Shown here piece by piece: positions 9,826 through 19,160 of a stretch of 64,000 nucleotides of DNA; positions within the stretch are counted from its first letter, which is position 1; every line of letters starts with the position of its first letter. The DNA is from a virus. The notes below the pieces were generated by a model that did not search any database, was not told where the DNA came from, and was given only the letters and a program-made list of their open reading frames with translations. The stretch is from the IMG/VR virus record IMGVR_UViG_3300042868_010462, positions 64,001-128,000 of that record; one strand, 5' to 3'. Made by a program: the position numbers and the translations under genes.

Positions 9826-10194
9826 TTATAATACTTCTTTTTGATTTAATGACTTATCAATTCTTTTGTCTGTGTAACGAATTGAATCATCATATCTATC
9901 ATTCATCATTCTCACTAAGTTATCGGTATTCAACCTTGAATTCTCCTCGATTGTTTCAAACCTACGAAACACGGATTCAAATTCGTGTCTGTAATCATCC
10001 CTTTGACTATCGATACCACGATAAACATTTTCAAATTGTCGTTGAACGTTGTCAAACTCGAATCTATCGTTTTGTTTTATGACAGCAATTTGTCTTTCAA
10101 TTTTACTGACCCTGAACAAACCCCAAACAACAACTCCAACAAATGTTAAAGCAACCATCGAAAGCATACCCAAAGCAAAATAAGTAATTTCCAT
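9826..10194 (-). CDS. Membrane-anchored coiled-coil protein
   Basis: N-terminal TM helix followed by repeated helical segments. Confidence 0.65.
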   Translation of the reverse strand: MEITYFALGMLSMVALTFVGVVVWGLFRVSKIERQIAVIKQNDRFEFDNVQRQFENVYRGIDSQRDDYRHEFESVFRRFETIEENSRLNTDNLVRMMNDRYDDSIRYTDKRIDKSLNQKEVL

Positions 10195-10246
10195 AATAAT
10201 AAATTATTTAATCTTTATGTCCTAAGACATAAAAAATATAATATGA

Positions 10247-10741
10247 TTACTTAAGAAGTAAAAGGATAATTGAAGTGAATCCTACTGTAACCCCACCAAT
10301 ACTTAATCCTGTTAACCACTTGTTTCTGTTCTTAGCTTTCTTAAATTCAGTATTCAGTTCTTTGTACATAGCTTGTTGAGATTCATCAATCTTTTTGTAA
10401 CTACCAATAATTTTGTCCTTCTTTTCAATTTCTTTTCTCAACATATCACTCACACCTTGGGATTGGTCTAATGCAGTTTTGTACTGATTTTTAACCTCAA
10501 GACAATAATCTAATACACCATTACATTCTTTCAATTTACTTGTTACGATTTCTAAGGAATCATGTTCAATTGCTATTTGTATTGCAACCTTTCTATTGAT
10601 TGTAAAAAGTGTATCTCCATCTATAACAACTAAATCTATTTTAGGACTTACGGAATCTTTGTTACTTTTTGCCAAATCTTGTGCGTAAACCATCGAGCAG
10701 CTCATCATTAGTACTATTAGTAATAGCTTCAATCTTAACAT
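10247..10741 (-). CDS. Exported coiled-coil protein, spanin-like (outer component?)
   Basis: Signal peptide containing Cys, coiled coil, C-terminal TM; overlaps the upstream gene by 80 bp in another frame. Confidence 0.5.
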   Translation of the reverse strand: MLRLKLLLIVLMMSCSMVYAQDLAKSNKDSVSPKIDLVVIDGDTLFTINRKVAIQIAIEHDSLEIVTSKLKECNGVLDYCLEVKNQYKTALDQSQGVSDMLRKEIEKKDKIIGSYKKIDESQQAMYKELNTEFKKAKNRNKWLTGLSIGGVTVGFTSIILLLLK

Positions 10742-11018
10742 TGTTTTGAATTTTTAGTTGGTTTATTTTTGTTGATAAGTTTGACTCACTAATTCTAATA
10801 CCAGTAGTAAGTGCATTTAGTTGGGATTCCATAGTTTCCCTTTCAGTTTTCATAACTTCCAATTCTTTATATAAAGAATCAATAGCTTTTCTTTCAGCAT
10901 CTATTAGTTGTTGGTGGAGATTTCTAGTTTCCTTTGCGTTATAACTTATCAAATAACCCAAACCCATTCCAATAAACAAAATAGACGCCACAATAATTAA
11001 GGTGTGTTTCCAATTCAT
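10662..11018 (-). CDS. TM plus coiled-coil protein, i-spanin-like
   Basis: N-terminal TM, heptad-rich body, overlapping downstream gene. Confidence 0.5.
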   Translation of the reverse strand: MNWKHTLIIVASILFIGMGLGYLISYNAKETRNLHQQLIDAERKAIDSLYKELEVMKTERETMESQLNALTTGIRISESNLSTKINQLKIQNNVKIEAITNSTNDELLDGLRTRFGKK

Positions 11019-11151
11019 ATTATTTAGTTTTTTTATAATTATAATTTTAACAAAAAATTTTTCAACACCATTTGACTTCTTAAAGTTTAATGCGTATTTA
11101 TTAAGTGTTTAATAACTAAATCAAATTAAAATCTTAAATTTTTTAGACAAA

Positions 11152-11316
11152 ATGAGAAAATTACTTTTTGGAACAATCGTTGTTCTTAGCACTGTTCTTG
11201 CTTCTTGTGGAACTACTGCAGCTACTGAAGAAAAAACTACAACTACAGATTCTACAGCCGTTGAAACTACTACAGTTACAACTCCATCTGTTGATTCAGC
11301 TAAAGTTGAGAAATAG
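11152..11316 (+). CDS. Small Thr-rich lipoprotein (54 aa)
   Basis: Manually translated MRKLLFGTIVVLSTVLASCGTTAATEEKTTTTDSTAVETTTVTTPSVDSAKVEK; LASC lipobox; followed by a terminator. Confidence 0.8.
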   Translation: MRKLLFGTIVVLSTVLASCGTTAATEEKTTTTDSTAVETTTVTTPSVDSAKVEK

Positions 11317-11367
11317 TTATAATTTCTTACAAAAAATAAATCCCCACTTTTTAAGATGGGGATTTTT

Positions 11368-12012
11368 TTATTTTATAAGTTGTTTAATTCTTTGCACTTC
11401 CTCTTCTAAATTTTCTTTTTCTGCTTTTTTCCTTTTCATTCTATTTTGAAGATAAGTACCAGCCATTCCTAATAAATGAAAGGGGACTAAACCAACATCT
11501 AGTAAAGAAAGTTTACCAGGTTCATAAGTTTTTAAACCAGGTACATATTTTTCTTTCTTATTTTTTTCTTTTTGTTTTTCGAATTTATCTGAAGTTTCTT
11601 TGTCTTTAATTTGGATTTCCTTTTCTTTTGATACATTTTTTTCTTGTTTAGGTTCTGTTCTAAGATTTACACTACCAGTGAAGAATGGTGTTATCAATTG
11701 TTCCAAATTACCTGAATCTACAATTTCCATACTGAAAGGACTTGAACTTGTTTTACCTATAATTTCCCCCATTCTTACAGTATCCCCATTAGATTTATAT
11801 ATGTCACCTAATTCATAAAATTTAGTAGTATAAGTGTCTTTTGAAAAAAAGTGTTTAATTTTAACTAGTCCCTTCTTCTTATCAACACCATAAATCTTTC
11901 CATCAAAAGGGGCGTAAACATCAACACCATTTCTATAAGGGGTATAAGTCCATCTTTTGAATTTACTTGTATCTAAATTAGCATCTGTTGTTGGGGGATA
12001 AAATTTTACCAT
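11368..12012 (-). CDS. Degenerate M23-like peptidase domain protein with EEVQRIKQLIK tail
   Basis: VYAPFDGKI...VKIKH...GDTVRMGEIIGKT pattern; zinc ligands not evident. Confidence 0.55.
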   Translation of the reverse strand: MVKFYPPTTDANLDTSKFKRWTYTPYRNGVDVYAPFDGKIYGVDKKKGLVKIKHFFSKDTYTTKFYELGDIYKSNGDTVRMGEIIGKTSSSPFSMEIVDSGNLEQLITPFFTGSVNLRTEPKQEKNVSKEKEIQIKDKETSDKFEKQKEKNKKEKYVPGLKTYEPGKLSLLDVGLVPFHLLGMAGTYLQNRMKRKKAEKENLEEEVQRIKQLIK

Positions 12013-12016
12013 AAAT

Positions 12017-12622
12017 TTATTGTTTTAAATGATTCATCAAAACCCCACCTAAAGAACTTGCATGAACTGCGAGGTGATTTATGGTTTCCATATCCAATTT
12101 TGTTTTTCTCTTGGTAAAATCAATTCCTAGTGTACCAATGAATTTATTATCAATTGTTTTGATTGCGAAAATATATTGAGATTTACAAGCCGTTTCTTCG
12201 GCAATATACTTCAACCCATAAGTTGCAATTGTTTCATCCTTAAAATCAACAATTTCAATAACATCATTTTCGAATAACTGATTGATTGATTTGGTGAAGA
12301 GGTTTACAGGTAGGTTTTTGAAGGTATTTTGTTTTGAGGTGGCGTTAGGACCGACAGCTTCATAAATCATACTGAATTTGGCCATAGATTTGCCCGTAGG
12401 ATAAAAATTACCACCATTATGAAACTGAGTAACCCAAACTCTATCACAATTGATTTCTTCCCTGATGTGTTCGATTTTTGACATTACCAACTCCCCAACT
12501 TTAAGGGCATCGTGTAACATATCAGGTTTTTTCTTTTTCTTATCTAATAGATTTTTAACATATAACAATGTCACAGGTCCCATCACCCCTGTTATAAACG
12601 CTACAATAATATCTGATGACAT
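12017..12622 (-). CDS. TM plus GAF domain protein, T4 gpT-like holin candidate
   Basis: N-terminal TM, CDRVWVTQFHNGG and FIGTLGIDF GAF-like elements; near spanin-like genes. Confidence 0.55.
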   Translation of the reverse strand: MSSDIIVAFITGVMGPVTLLYVKNLLDKKKKKPDMLHDALKVGELVMSKIEHIREEINCDRVWVTQFHNGGNFYPTGKSMAKFSMIYEAVGPNATSKQNTFKNLPVNLFTKSINQLFENDVIEIVDFKDETIATYGLKYIAEETACKSQYIFAIKTIDNKFIGTLGIDFTKRKTKLDMETINHLAVHASSLGGVLMNHLKQ

Positions 12623-12699
12623 AAGGTTAAATATTTTTAGTTATTATAAACAATAAATATTAACCTTAAATAAAAAAAGTACAACACTAAGTTGTACTT

Positions 12700-13113
12700 C
12701 TATAATTTTGCTTGGAAATCACTTAATAATTCTTTTGTGAACTCAATTCCGTGTCGTTCTTGGAATGTACTTGTTAATCTATCTGTTGACAATCCTTGTT
12801 TTTTTAGTAGAAGATAAGCCATTAAGTCAGCATCAATTTCATCCTCATCATATCTGTTACCACCAGTGTGGCCTAAGATTAAGTGGGAGACTTCGTGTGC
12901 CTCAACGAATCGTAAATCATCAAAAGTCAAATCGGTATCAACAAAAAGTTCACCATCAATCATAATAGTTTTTGTCTTTGGGTAATAAAAACCAAAACCA
13001 TATTTGTCAAATAATCTTGTCATCATATCGTAATTCTCATTTTCTTTGAAAATTACAGAGATGGTAACATCATCAACAAAAACACTCGGATATGATATGA
13101 TATCTTGATTCAT
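12700..13113 (-). CDS. HExxH zinc metallopeptidase-like protein
   Basis: AHEVSHLILGH...EIDAD. Confidence 0.6.
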   Translation of the reverse strand: MNQDIISYPSVFVDDVTISVIFKENENYDMMTRLFDKYGFGFYYPKTKTIMIDGELFVDTDLTFDDLRFVEAHEVSHLILGHTGGNRYDEDEIDADLMAYLLLKKQGLSTDRLTSTFQERHGIEFTKELLSDFQAKL

Positions 13114-13189
13114 TTCTATTTTAATTTACACCACCCAAAACAAACTTTACCGAATGTTATTTTGGAAATGAAATTACAGATAAATTTTT

Positions 13190-13495
13190 TCATAATTCTT
13201 TTTCTTGATAAATATTACGGTCTGCGAATTTCAAACCATAATTCAAACCAATCATTGCCATTTGTCTCTTAGCAAAATCTTCGGTCATCTTCATCTTTTT
13301 CTTAACTTCTTTCACACCCCACTTTTGCCATTGGTCATATTGGTCTTCAGTTATTGTCCATTGAGCATACCAATCATCTTTTCTATCTTTGATATCTTCG
13401 AATGTAACATTATGACCTGCAAATTCGAACATCTTGTTAATGATGTCTATTAGTAATTGTTCTTTTTTTTGTTCGTATGATAATCTCTTAGCCAT
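13190..13495 (-). CDS. Hypothetical protein
   Basis: ORF co-directional with neighbours. Confidence 0.65.
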   Translation of the reverse strand: MAKRLSYEQKKEQLLIDIINKMFEFAGHNVTFEDIKDRKDDWYAQWTITEDQYDQWQKWGVKEVKKKMKMTEDFAKRQMAMIGLNYGLKFADRNIYQEKEL

Positions 13496-13515
13496 AGTAA
13501 TAATTATTTTAATTG

Positions 13516-13995
13516 TTATGAAAAATCAGTATAAGGTGCAACTCTTAAACCATCAATATATTGTTCTTTTTTTTCAAAATCGTGGGAGTATTGACGAGGA
13601 TGTTGTCTACGATATGTTTCCCCATCCAATCCATCAGGTTGTCCCCATTCTAAGGCCATTTTGATGAACTCCTCAACATCCATTTCTTTACCATATTCAT
13701 CAACTATTCTACCAGTTCGTATGAAGTTAAATAATTCCTCTTTGTTTGAATAATATTTGTTATCATTAAAATTCCATAAGAATTTCCATCCACTACTTCT
13801 TTTACCCAAGTGAATTGATGTGTCTTCAACAAACTTATCCCAATAAGAAATTTGTTCAGATTTATCATCAATTATTTTAAATTTATATATAATTGAGGAT
13901 GAAGATATATCTATATTTTTAATATCCTCAATAAGTTTAGATTTCTTTTCACCCATTTCTCGGACACTTGGTATTCTGTAGTAATTTGTTCCCAT
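13516..13995 (-). CDS. Hypothetical phage protein (MGTNYY...HLGKRSSGWKF)
   Basis: 159-aa ORF; TAnnTTTG at 14019-14026. Confidence 0.7.
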   Translation of the reverse strand: MGTNYYRIPSVREMGEKKSKLIEDIKNIDISSSSIIYKFKIIDDKSEQISYWDKFVEDTSIHLGKRSSGWKFLWNFNDNKYYSNKEELFNFIRTGRIVDEYGKEMDVEEFIKMALEWGQPDGLDGETYRRQHPRQYSHDFEKKEQYIDGLRVAPYTDFS

Positions 13996-14075
13996 TGTGA
14001 TATTGTTTTATTGTCTTACAAAAATAAAAAAACCCATTCTAATTTCAAAATCAAAATGGGTTTTTTTTAAAAATT

Positions 14076-14381
14076 TTATTGGGAAACTCTGAAAGACCAA
14101 TCTATTTCCCACTCTCTTTGACCACCACCATAACCTGTGTCGAAATAGATACCAACCATACTACATAAATGTTCAATTTCACGAACTTTACCTAAGTCAC
14201 CTTCACACTGAAGACCTAAACAAATAGTTTTCCATTCTGTTGAGGGTAATCTATCTGGTCTGTTATATTTTTCTTTTGTTTCAGGTGTTACTATAGAATC
14301 TTTGATTAATACTTCTATTCCTTGTTCTTTTAGTTCATCAACTTTCTTCATTAGAAAGTCATATGCTTCATTGATATTCAT
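14076..14381 (-). CDS. Hypothetical protein
   Basis: ORF ending at a terminator. Confidence 0.65.
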   Translation of the reverse strand: MNINEAYDFLMKKVDELKEQGIEVLIKDSIVTPETKEKYNRPDRLPSTEWKTICLGLQCEGDLGKVREIEHLCSMVGIYFDTGYGGGQREWEIDWSFRVSQ

Positions 14382-14637
14382 TTTTCTTTAAAATTTCTAT
14401 TAAACTATCTAAATTACTGCTATTAAAAAAATGTTTTTCAAACCCCTCATTTTCGAAATGTATAAATAACAATACTTCATCTTGTGGAAAAACATCTAAT
14501 ACAATCTTTCCGTTTCCAAAACTGAAGTTTATCTGTAGTTCATCATCGAAATTGATTTGAGTACCATATTCCTCTTTGAGGTGTGGTTTAATTTTATTCC
14601 AAACTTCGAGCTGAAACTTTGTTAAGTTGTGTATCAT
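14368..14637 (-). CDS. Hypothetical protein
   Basis: ORF overlapping neighbour. Confidence 0.6.
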   Translation of the reverse strand: MIHNLTKFQLEVWNKIKPHLKEEYGTQINFDDELQINFSFGNGKIVLDVFPQDEVLLFIHFENEGFEKHFFNSSNLDSLIEILKKNEYQ

Positions 14638-14728
14638 GCTTTTCTGTTATTTCTAATTCGTAAAGCTAAAATTATAAAAAGGGATGTAAGAATGCTTGCC
14701 ATAATAATGTTGTAGGTATCCATAAATA

Positions 14729-14989
14729 TTATAATTTATTGAAATCTTCCCTCATTTTTGAGAGTTGGTATTCCGTTGTTTTTCTTTCACTATCTAAGAT
14801 TGATTTGATAAAATCATCACCACCTAACTTGATAAAACGATTGATTTTAAAGTTACAAGTTGATGTCCCCTTTATCTCCATTTCCAATTTTTTTGACTCA
14901 ATTAAGTTATTGATTGTTGATAACTTGAACTCCAAATTAACTATTGTTTCTTTGAGTTTTTTTATCTCATTGTATTTTTCTTCTGTCAT
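14729..14989 (-). CDS. Hypothetical protein
   Basis: ORF in operon context. Confidence 0.6.
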   Translation of the reverse strand: MTEEKYNEIKKLKETIVNLEFKLSTINNLIESKKLEMEIKGTSTCNFKINRFIKLGGDDFIKSILDSERKTTEYQLSKMREDFNKL

Positions 14990-14995
14990 AATATT

Positions 14996-15487
14996 TTATA
15001 CTAATTGTAAGTTATTTTCTTCACAAAACCAATAGGGAACATCACGATTTTTCCAAGAAACAAAATCTTTTTTTGCACCAATATAATAGTTTCTATATGA
15101 TTGAATTACATCTTTAACCTTATATTCATCAGGCATTGCTTTGGGTGGTTCAGTGAAATCCTTATCCTTTACATTAATTGGATTCATTACACACCATTCA
15201 ATAACATCTTGTGATTTATGTCTTTTACCATAACGATAAGTGTATTCTTTACACAACTCCAACCCCAATTCACATAGGTAATAATAGTTAGATAATGACT
15301 CTCTAACCCATATTGAACAGGGGTGGTTTTTGTGTGATAATTTATATGGAATATCTAAACCTGAGTTTGTAACATGGTGAGCACCACACAAAAGTTGAGC
15401 CGCCTCCAATAGTTGTTTAACACAATGTTTATCACAATGATATCTTGCACACTTGATGACATCATAATCCAATAAAAAAATATTCAT
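14996..15487 (-). CDS. Pyrimidine-dimer glycosylase (DenV/endonuclease V)-related protein
   Basis: MNIFLLD...CARYHCDKH..KQLLEAAQLL...HKNHPCSIW...YRNYY...W..RDVPYW family pattern. Confidence 0.7.
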   Translation of the reverse strand: MNIFLLDYDVIKCARYHCDKHCVKQLLEAAQLLCGAHHVTNSGLDIPYKLSHKNHPCSIWVRESLSNYYYLCELGLELCKEYTYRYGKRHKSQDVIEWCVMNPINVKDKDFTEPPKAMPDEYKVKDVIQSYRNYYIGAKKDFVSWKNRDVPYWFCEENNLQLV

Positions 15488-15508
15488 AAATTGAGTGAAA
15501 ATAATTAA

Positions 15509-16477
15509 TTAATAGCTATACCTTTCAAAACTTTTCAACCCTGATTGACTCAAAACAATATCACCACATTTTATTAAATCCTCAATTATTTTTTTTGGAA
15601 TATATGGCGACTCCTTTTCAGTTATCACAACAAAGTTACTACCATATTTTTTAATTCCCAAACTTAACTTCAAAGAATTATCTTTATAATTCAATAAACT
15701 TGTGGGTTTTATCTCATAGATGGTTTTACCATCCGTAAAATCAGGATAATACATTTTACATCGGTTACCAATATTGTACTCAATACCATATTGATTATTC
15801 TCACAACTTTCATAAACTATACTACAATTATTAATTAAGAATGAAAGTTCCAAAGAACTTCTAAAATATAACCCTTTAAACCAACCATTTAAGTGTTTGG
15901 TGTTCATAGGATAACTTATAAATCTATCTTTATCTTTATTATTGGTATGAAATTGAATTAAAGAATCTTTAATTTTTCTTTTGGTTGTTTCATTATGATA
16001 TATCGTACCATTTCTTTTTTTTGAATCAATTATGTTTTTTTGCCATCCTTCTGTTCTAGGGCTTTTTTTCCCTTTATTACTTTCACTAATTCTAACAGAT
16101 ACCTCAATCATTTTTGATGGATTATCAACTCCAAACTTCTCCATCATTGTTTTTTTTCGTTGTAATTCCTTCTTTTTTTGGTCAGTACTTTCAATTCTTT
16201 TTTTAATAGTTGAATCACTTTGTTTTTTACCTTTCCAAAATCCTCGTTCAATTGATTTGTTTTTATCTCTACACTCCATTGAACAATTTTCCAAATAACC
16301 AACACTAAGATTTCTAAATGATGTCAAATTACCACATACAAAACATTTATCCCCATCAGCTTCCAATATATACTTGTCATAGTAATCTTTTGATGATATA
16401 TTATGTTTTGAGTTAAAGTGTGATGATAGAGCTTTTGGATTTTTGAACTCACAATCACATATTTTACATTTTTCCAT
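15509..16477 (-). CDS. Putative homing endonuclease (Zn finger, NUMOD3-like repeats, PD-(D/E)XK domain)
   Basis: CxxC..H..H, WKGKKQS and NKGKK repeats, FRSSLE...YYPDF...YEIKP. Confidence 0.7.
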   Translation of the reverse strand: MEKCKICDCEFKNPKALSSHFNSKHNISSKDYYDKYILEADGDKCFVCGNLTSFRNLSVGYLENCSMECRDKNKSIERGFWKGKKQSDSTIKKRIESTDQKKKELQRKKTMMEKFGVDNPSKMIEVSVRISESNKGKKSPRTEGWQKNIIDSKKRNGTIYHNETTKRKIKDSLIQFHTNNKDKDRFISYPMNTKHLNGWFKGLYFRSSLELSFLINNCSIVYESCENNQYGIEYNIGNRCKMYYPDFTDGKTIYEIKPTSLLNYKDNSLKLSLGIKKYGSNFVVITEKESPYIPKKIIEDLIKCGDIVLSQSGLKSFERYSY

Positions 16478-16560
16478 ATACTTTTTATTATAAATATATA
16501 GATGTTAAGAAAGGTTTCTAAAATCTTTCTGTTAATATGTCTATCAAAAAATATTCATTA

Positions 16561-16983
16561 TTATTTTTCTTGAATGGTGAACGGATGAACTTTCAATTTT
16601 GCGGTTTGTTCCTTATCCAAATGTTTTAAGAAACCATTAATATAATTAACAATATTAGCAGCTCCAACAGGATTGGCGGAGTGAACATATATTTGAGGGA
16701 AAGGACTTGTAAAGTTGTCCATATAGTGACCAACCAACCATTTTGCGGCATCATATCCAGTTTTTTCTTCGATGTTATCATAATCCAATATTCCTTTTTT
16801 AATTACATTTCTAAAATATTCCTCAACCGCAGTATCACCCAAATCGTGGTCAAATGAAATAACATCAACATTGTCCAAACCAAGTTCGTTAATCTTCTTG
16901 ATAAAAGCACCATAGTTTCTAACAACAATCCAATCTTTGTCATCAGGAGTTCTTTCATCATCCAAATAGATTTTATATTTCAT
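16561..16983 (-). CDS. Cyclic-phosphate-processing receiver-like domain protein
   Basis: IYLDDERTP, ISFDHDLG, TGYD, VHSANPVG motifs. Confidence 0.75.
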   Translation of the reverse strand: MKYKIYLDDERTPDDKDWIVVRNYGAFIKKINELGLDNVDVISFDHDLGDTAVEEYFRNVIKKGILDYDNIEEKTGYDAAKWLVGHYMDNFTSPFPQIYVHSANPVGAANIVNYINGFLKHLDKEQTAKLKVHPFTIQEK

Positions 16984-17137
16984 AGACCAGTTTTTTGTTT
17001 TTACGAGAATATTGTTTTGAACTTTTATGAACCTTGGTTATAGCAGAATAGCCATGGGGGTTCTTCTCTAAATATACCAATCGTGCACCATTTCCTATTG
17101 CATTGATTGTTATTTGGACTTTATTTTTCGTTTTCAT
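16973..17137 (-). CDS. Small basic protein (54 aa) with KVHKSSKQYSRK motif
   Basis: Manually translated; TAnnTTTG at 17158-17165; overlaps the next gene's start. Confidence 0.65.
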   Translation of the reverse strand: MKTKNKVQITINAIGNGARLVYLEKNPHGYSAITKVHKSSKQYSRKNKKLVYEI

Positions 17138-17176
17138 AATATTCTATGTTTGTCCAACAAATATAAAAACAATTTT

Positions 17177-17491
17177 CTATTCGTACAATTTTTTTCTAAC
17201 AAATTCTCCCAAATCAGCATCATTTGGATGATTCAATATTTCTTCCCTCTTTACACAATAAATCTGTTTTGATGGTAAATCATTTGCATCCATTTGATAA
17301 AAATCAACTAACTCAATAACTCTCATCAATTTGTGTGTGGTCTCACCAGTATCCCCCCATTCACTTATAACATGATATTTTTGTTCCCAACCTGAGGGGA
17401 GTATTTTAACTGAGAAAGGTTCAGCTTCACCATGCGGAAATATGGTGGTAATATTTGGTCTTTTTTTAACTACGAGATTCTTATTTTTCAT
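17177..17491 (-). CDS. Hypothetical protein
   Basis: 104-aa ORF. Confidence 0.6.
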   Translation of the reverse strand: MKNKNLVVKKRPNITTIFPHGEAEPFSVKILPSGWEQKYHVISEWGDTGETTHKLMRVIELVDFYQMDANDLPSKQIYCVKREEILNHPNDADLGEFVRKKLYE

Positions 17492-17696
17492 TGAAAAAAT
17501 GTTTTGATATTAGATAAGAAAATATAAGAATTATAATCTCACAGGTCAACAAGAAACAAATGGAAGTGTCCGCATACGAGTGATTCATAATTATACTTTT
17601 TACTTCCTCAAATTCGAATATATTGAATGTACTAAAATGATAAGCACCTAACATATAAAACATTAGGTTTAATACTAAAACAACACCGATTTTCAT
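17481..17696 (-). CDS. Small two-TM membrane protein
   Basis: Two hydrophobic segments. Confidence 0.55.
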   Translation of the reverse strand: MKIGVVLVLNLMFYMLGAYHFSTFNIFEFEEVKSIIMNHSYADTSICFLLTCEIIILIFSYLISKHFFNEK

Positions 17697-17724
17697 TTGA
17701 AATATAATTTTTAAGGTAAGTGAA

Positions 17725-17904
17725 TCAATCTCTGTTTCTCATATGAATTGGTAACATCCTATGCGTAGCAACCTTTTTTTTGAGATTTGGACTTTTCATT
17801 TTGTGTCTCAAACTTGCTTGTGGATATGAATGACAGGTAGGTCTTTGAAAGACAACACAAGAGGAAAGTGTTAAAAATAAAAATAGTATTAATATCTTTT
17901 TCAT
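17725..17904 (-). CDS. Small basic lipoprotein (59 aa)
   Basis: Manually translated MKKILILFLFLTLSSC...; LSSC lipobox. Confidence 0.6.
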   Translation of the reverse strand: MKKILILFLFLTLSSCVVFQRPTCHSYPQASLRHKMKSPNLKKKVATHRMLPIHMRNRD

Positions 17905-17998
17905 TATAATAAATATCCTACAAATCAGTATCTAAAAATCCAAACAAATAAAAAATTAACAGAACTAATAACATTATGTATAACATATAAATTTTTTG

Positions 17999-18075
17999 TA
18001 CCCCCTGAGAGAATCGAACTCTCAATCAAAACATCATCCTAAATGATGCGCGTCTACCTATTCCGCCAAGGGGGT
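17999..18075 (-). tRNA. tRNA-Leu(TAG), short variable region
   Basis: ACCCCCT/AGGGGGT acceptor; CATCA-TTTAGGA-TGATG anticodon arm; TTCGATT T-loop. Confidence 0.85.
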
Positions 18076-18082
18076 ATTTTTG

Positions 18083-18167
18083 TAGTCGGAGCGGGACTCG
18101 AACCCGCACGAACCTTTCGATTCAAAGGATTTTAAGTCCTTCGTGTCTGCCATTTCACCACCCAACC
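18083..18167 (-). tRNA. tRNA-Leu(TAA)
   Basis: AAGGA-CTTAAAA-TCCTT anticodon arm; long variable arm; GGTTCGAGTCC. Confidence 0.92.
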
Positions 18168-18171
18168 AACA

Positions 18172-18300
18172 TTACAATCCAAATCCCACCTTAATGAGAT
18201 AAACCAAACCTAGTACAATTATAGCCAACATCGTACCCGCAAACATCTGTGAAGAAAATTTAATTTGTTCTTCAGTTTTTCCTTGATTTTTGTTTTCCAT
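18172..18300 (-). CDS. Small membrane protein (42 aa)
   Basis: Manually translated MENKNQGK...GTMLAIIVLGLVYLIKVGFGL. Confidence 0.5.
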   Translation of the reverse strand: MENKNQGKTEEQIKFSSQMFAGTMLAIIVLGLVYLIKVGFGL

Positions 18301-18542
18301 CATAAAAATTTTTGAAAGTCCATAAAATGTTTATCAACCCACATTTTTCCTGTTACTTGTGTTGGATGTTCCGTTTTACTTTTATCGAATAATTCAGCCA
18401 TCGTTTTTCTTTCATTATCTAACTCATCCCAAAGATAAGATATCGCCAAGTTTAATTTCCGTTTTTCCTCAGTACCAACCTCGGACTCTCTGACAAGTTT
18501 TTCTAACTTTGCTATAACATTTTGAATGGGGGTGTTTTTCAT
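18300..18542 (-). CDS. Hypothetical protein (likely start MKNTP at 18542)
   Basis: ORF-track frame; its upstream extension overlaps another gene. Confidence 0.6.
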   Translation of the reverse strand: MKNTPIQNVIAKLEKLVRESEVGTEEKRKLNLAISYLWDELDNERKTMAELFDKSKTEHPTQVTGKMWVDKHFMDFQKFL

Positions 18543-18558
18543 CACAACTTTAATTTTT

Positions 18559-18735
18559 TTAATTGTTAATGTCAAGTTCCAACTGACTCTCACTAAATAT
18601 GTGCAACATTCCATTGTCGATTAATTCAGCAACAATTCTTGTGTCACCTGATGTTGTTTGAAATACCGCTACTACGATACCAGGGAACTTATACCCTTTT
18701 GGTTTGTAAACCTTGTCTCCTACTTTGAACTTCAT
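18559..18735 (-). CDS. Small SH3-like protein resembling DfrB/R67 dihydrofolate reductase
   Basis: Manually translated MKFKVGDKVYKPKGYKFPGIVVAVFQTTSGDTRIVAELIDNGMLHIFSESQLELDINN. Confidence 0.5.
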   Translation of the reverse strand: MKFKVGDKVYKPKGYKFPGIVVAVFQTTSGDTRIVAELIDNGMLHIFSESQLELDINN

Positions 18736-18741
18736 TTTTTT

Positions 18742-19146
18742 CTATTTTAAATAATTAACATGTATTGAATGAAAACCCTCACTCCTATTTATTTTCAATT
18801 CCATCCTTGAACCAGTAACATAATCAACCCAAACATTTTCACCAACTTTCACATATGGCTCCAAATCTTTATAAGATTTGTTTAACATCTTGATTGGTCT
18901 GTAAACACTCCAATTTGCACAATATTCTACCCCATTACTTTCAACAAAAATGAACCCATAACTTTCCAATTGTTTCTCGTCCATATACACAATATCATAA
19001 TAATAAGTAAAAATCTTTAACCCATCAATGAATTCTGTTTTGTGATTTGTACCTAGATTTTTTTCAATTTGTTGGGAAGATAAACCCAGTTGTGCAAATG
19101 TTAAAAATGGTAAAAATAATAATAGAAATAAAATCGTTTTTTTCAT
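18742..19146 (-). CDS. Exported hypothetical protein
   Basis: Signal peptide MKKTILFLLLFLPFLTFAQ. Confidence 0.65.
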   Translation of the reverse strand: MKKTILFLLLFLPFLTFAQLGLSSQQIEKNLGTNHKTEFIDGLKIFTYYYDIVYMDEKQLESYGFIFVESNGVEYCANWSVYRPIKMLNKSYKDLEPYVKVGENVWVDYVTGSRMELKINRSEGFHSIHVNYLK

Positions 19147-19160
19147 AATTTTTGTTTTAG

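Noticed and set aside
11168-11449. 93-aa plus-strand ORF
   Set aside because: Wrong frame: the lipoprotein 11152..11316 fits better, and this ORF crosses a terminator.
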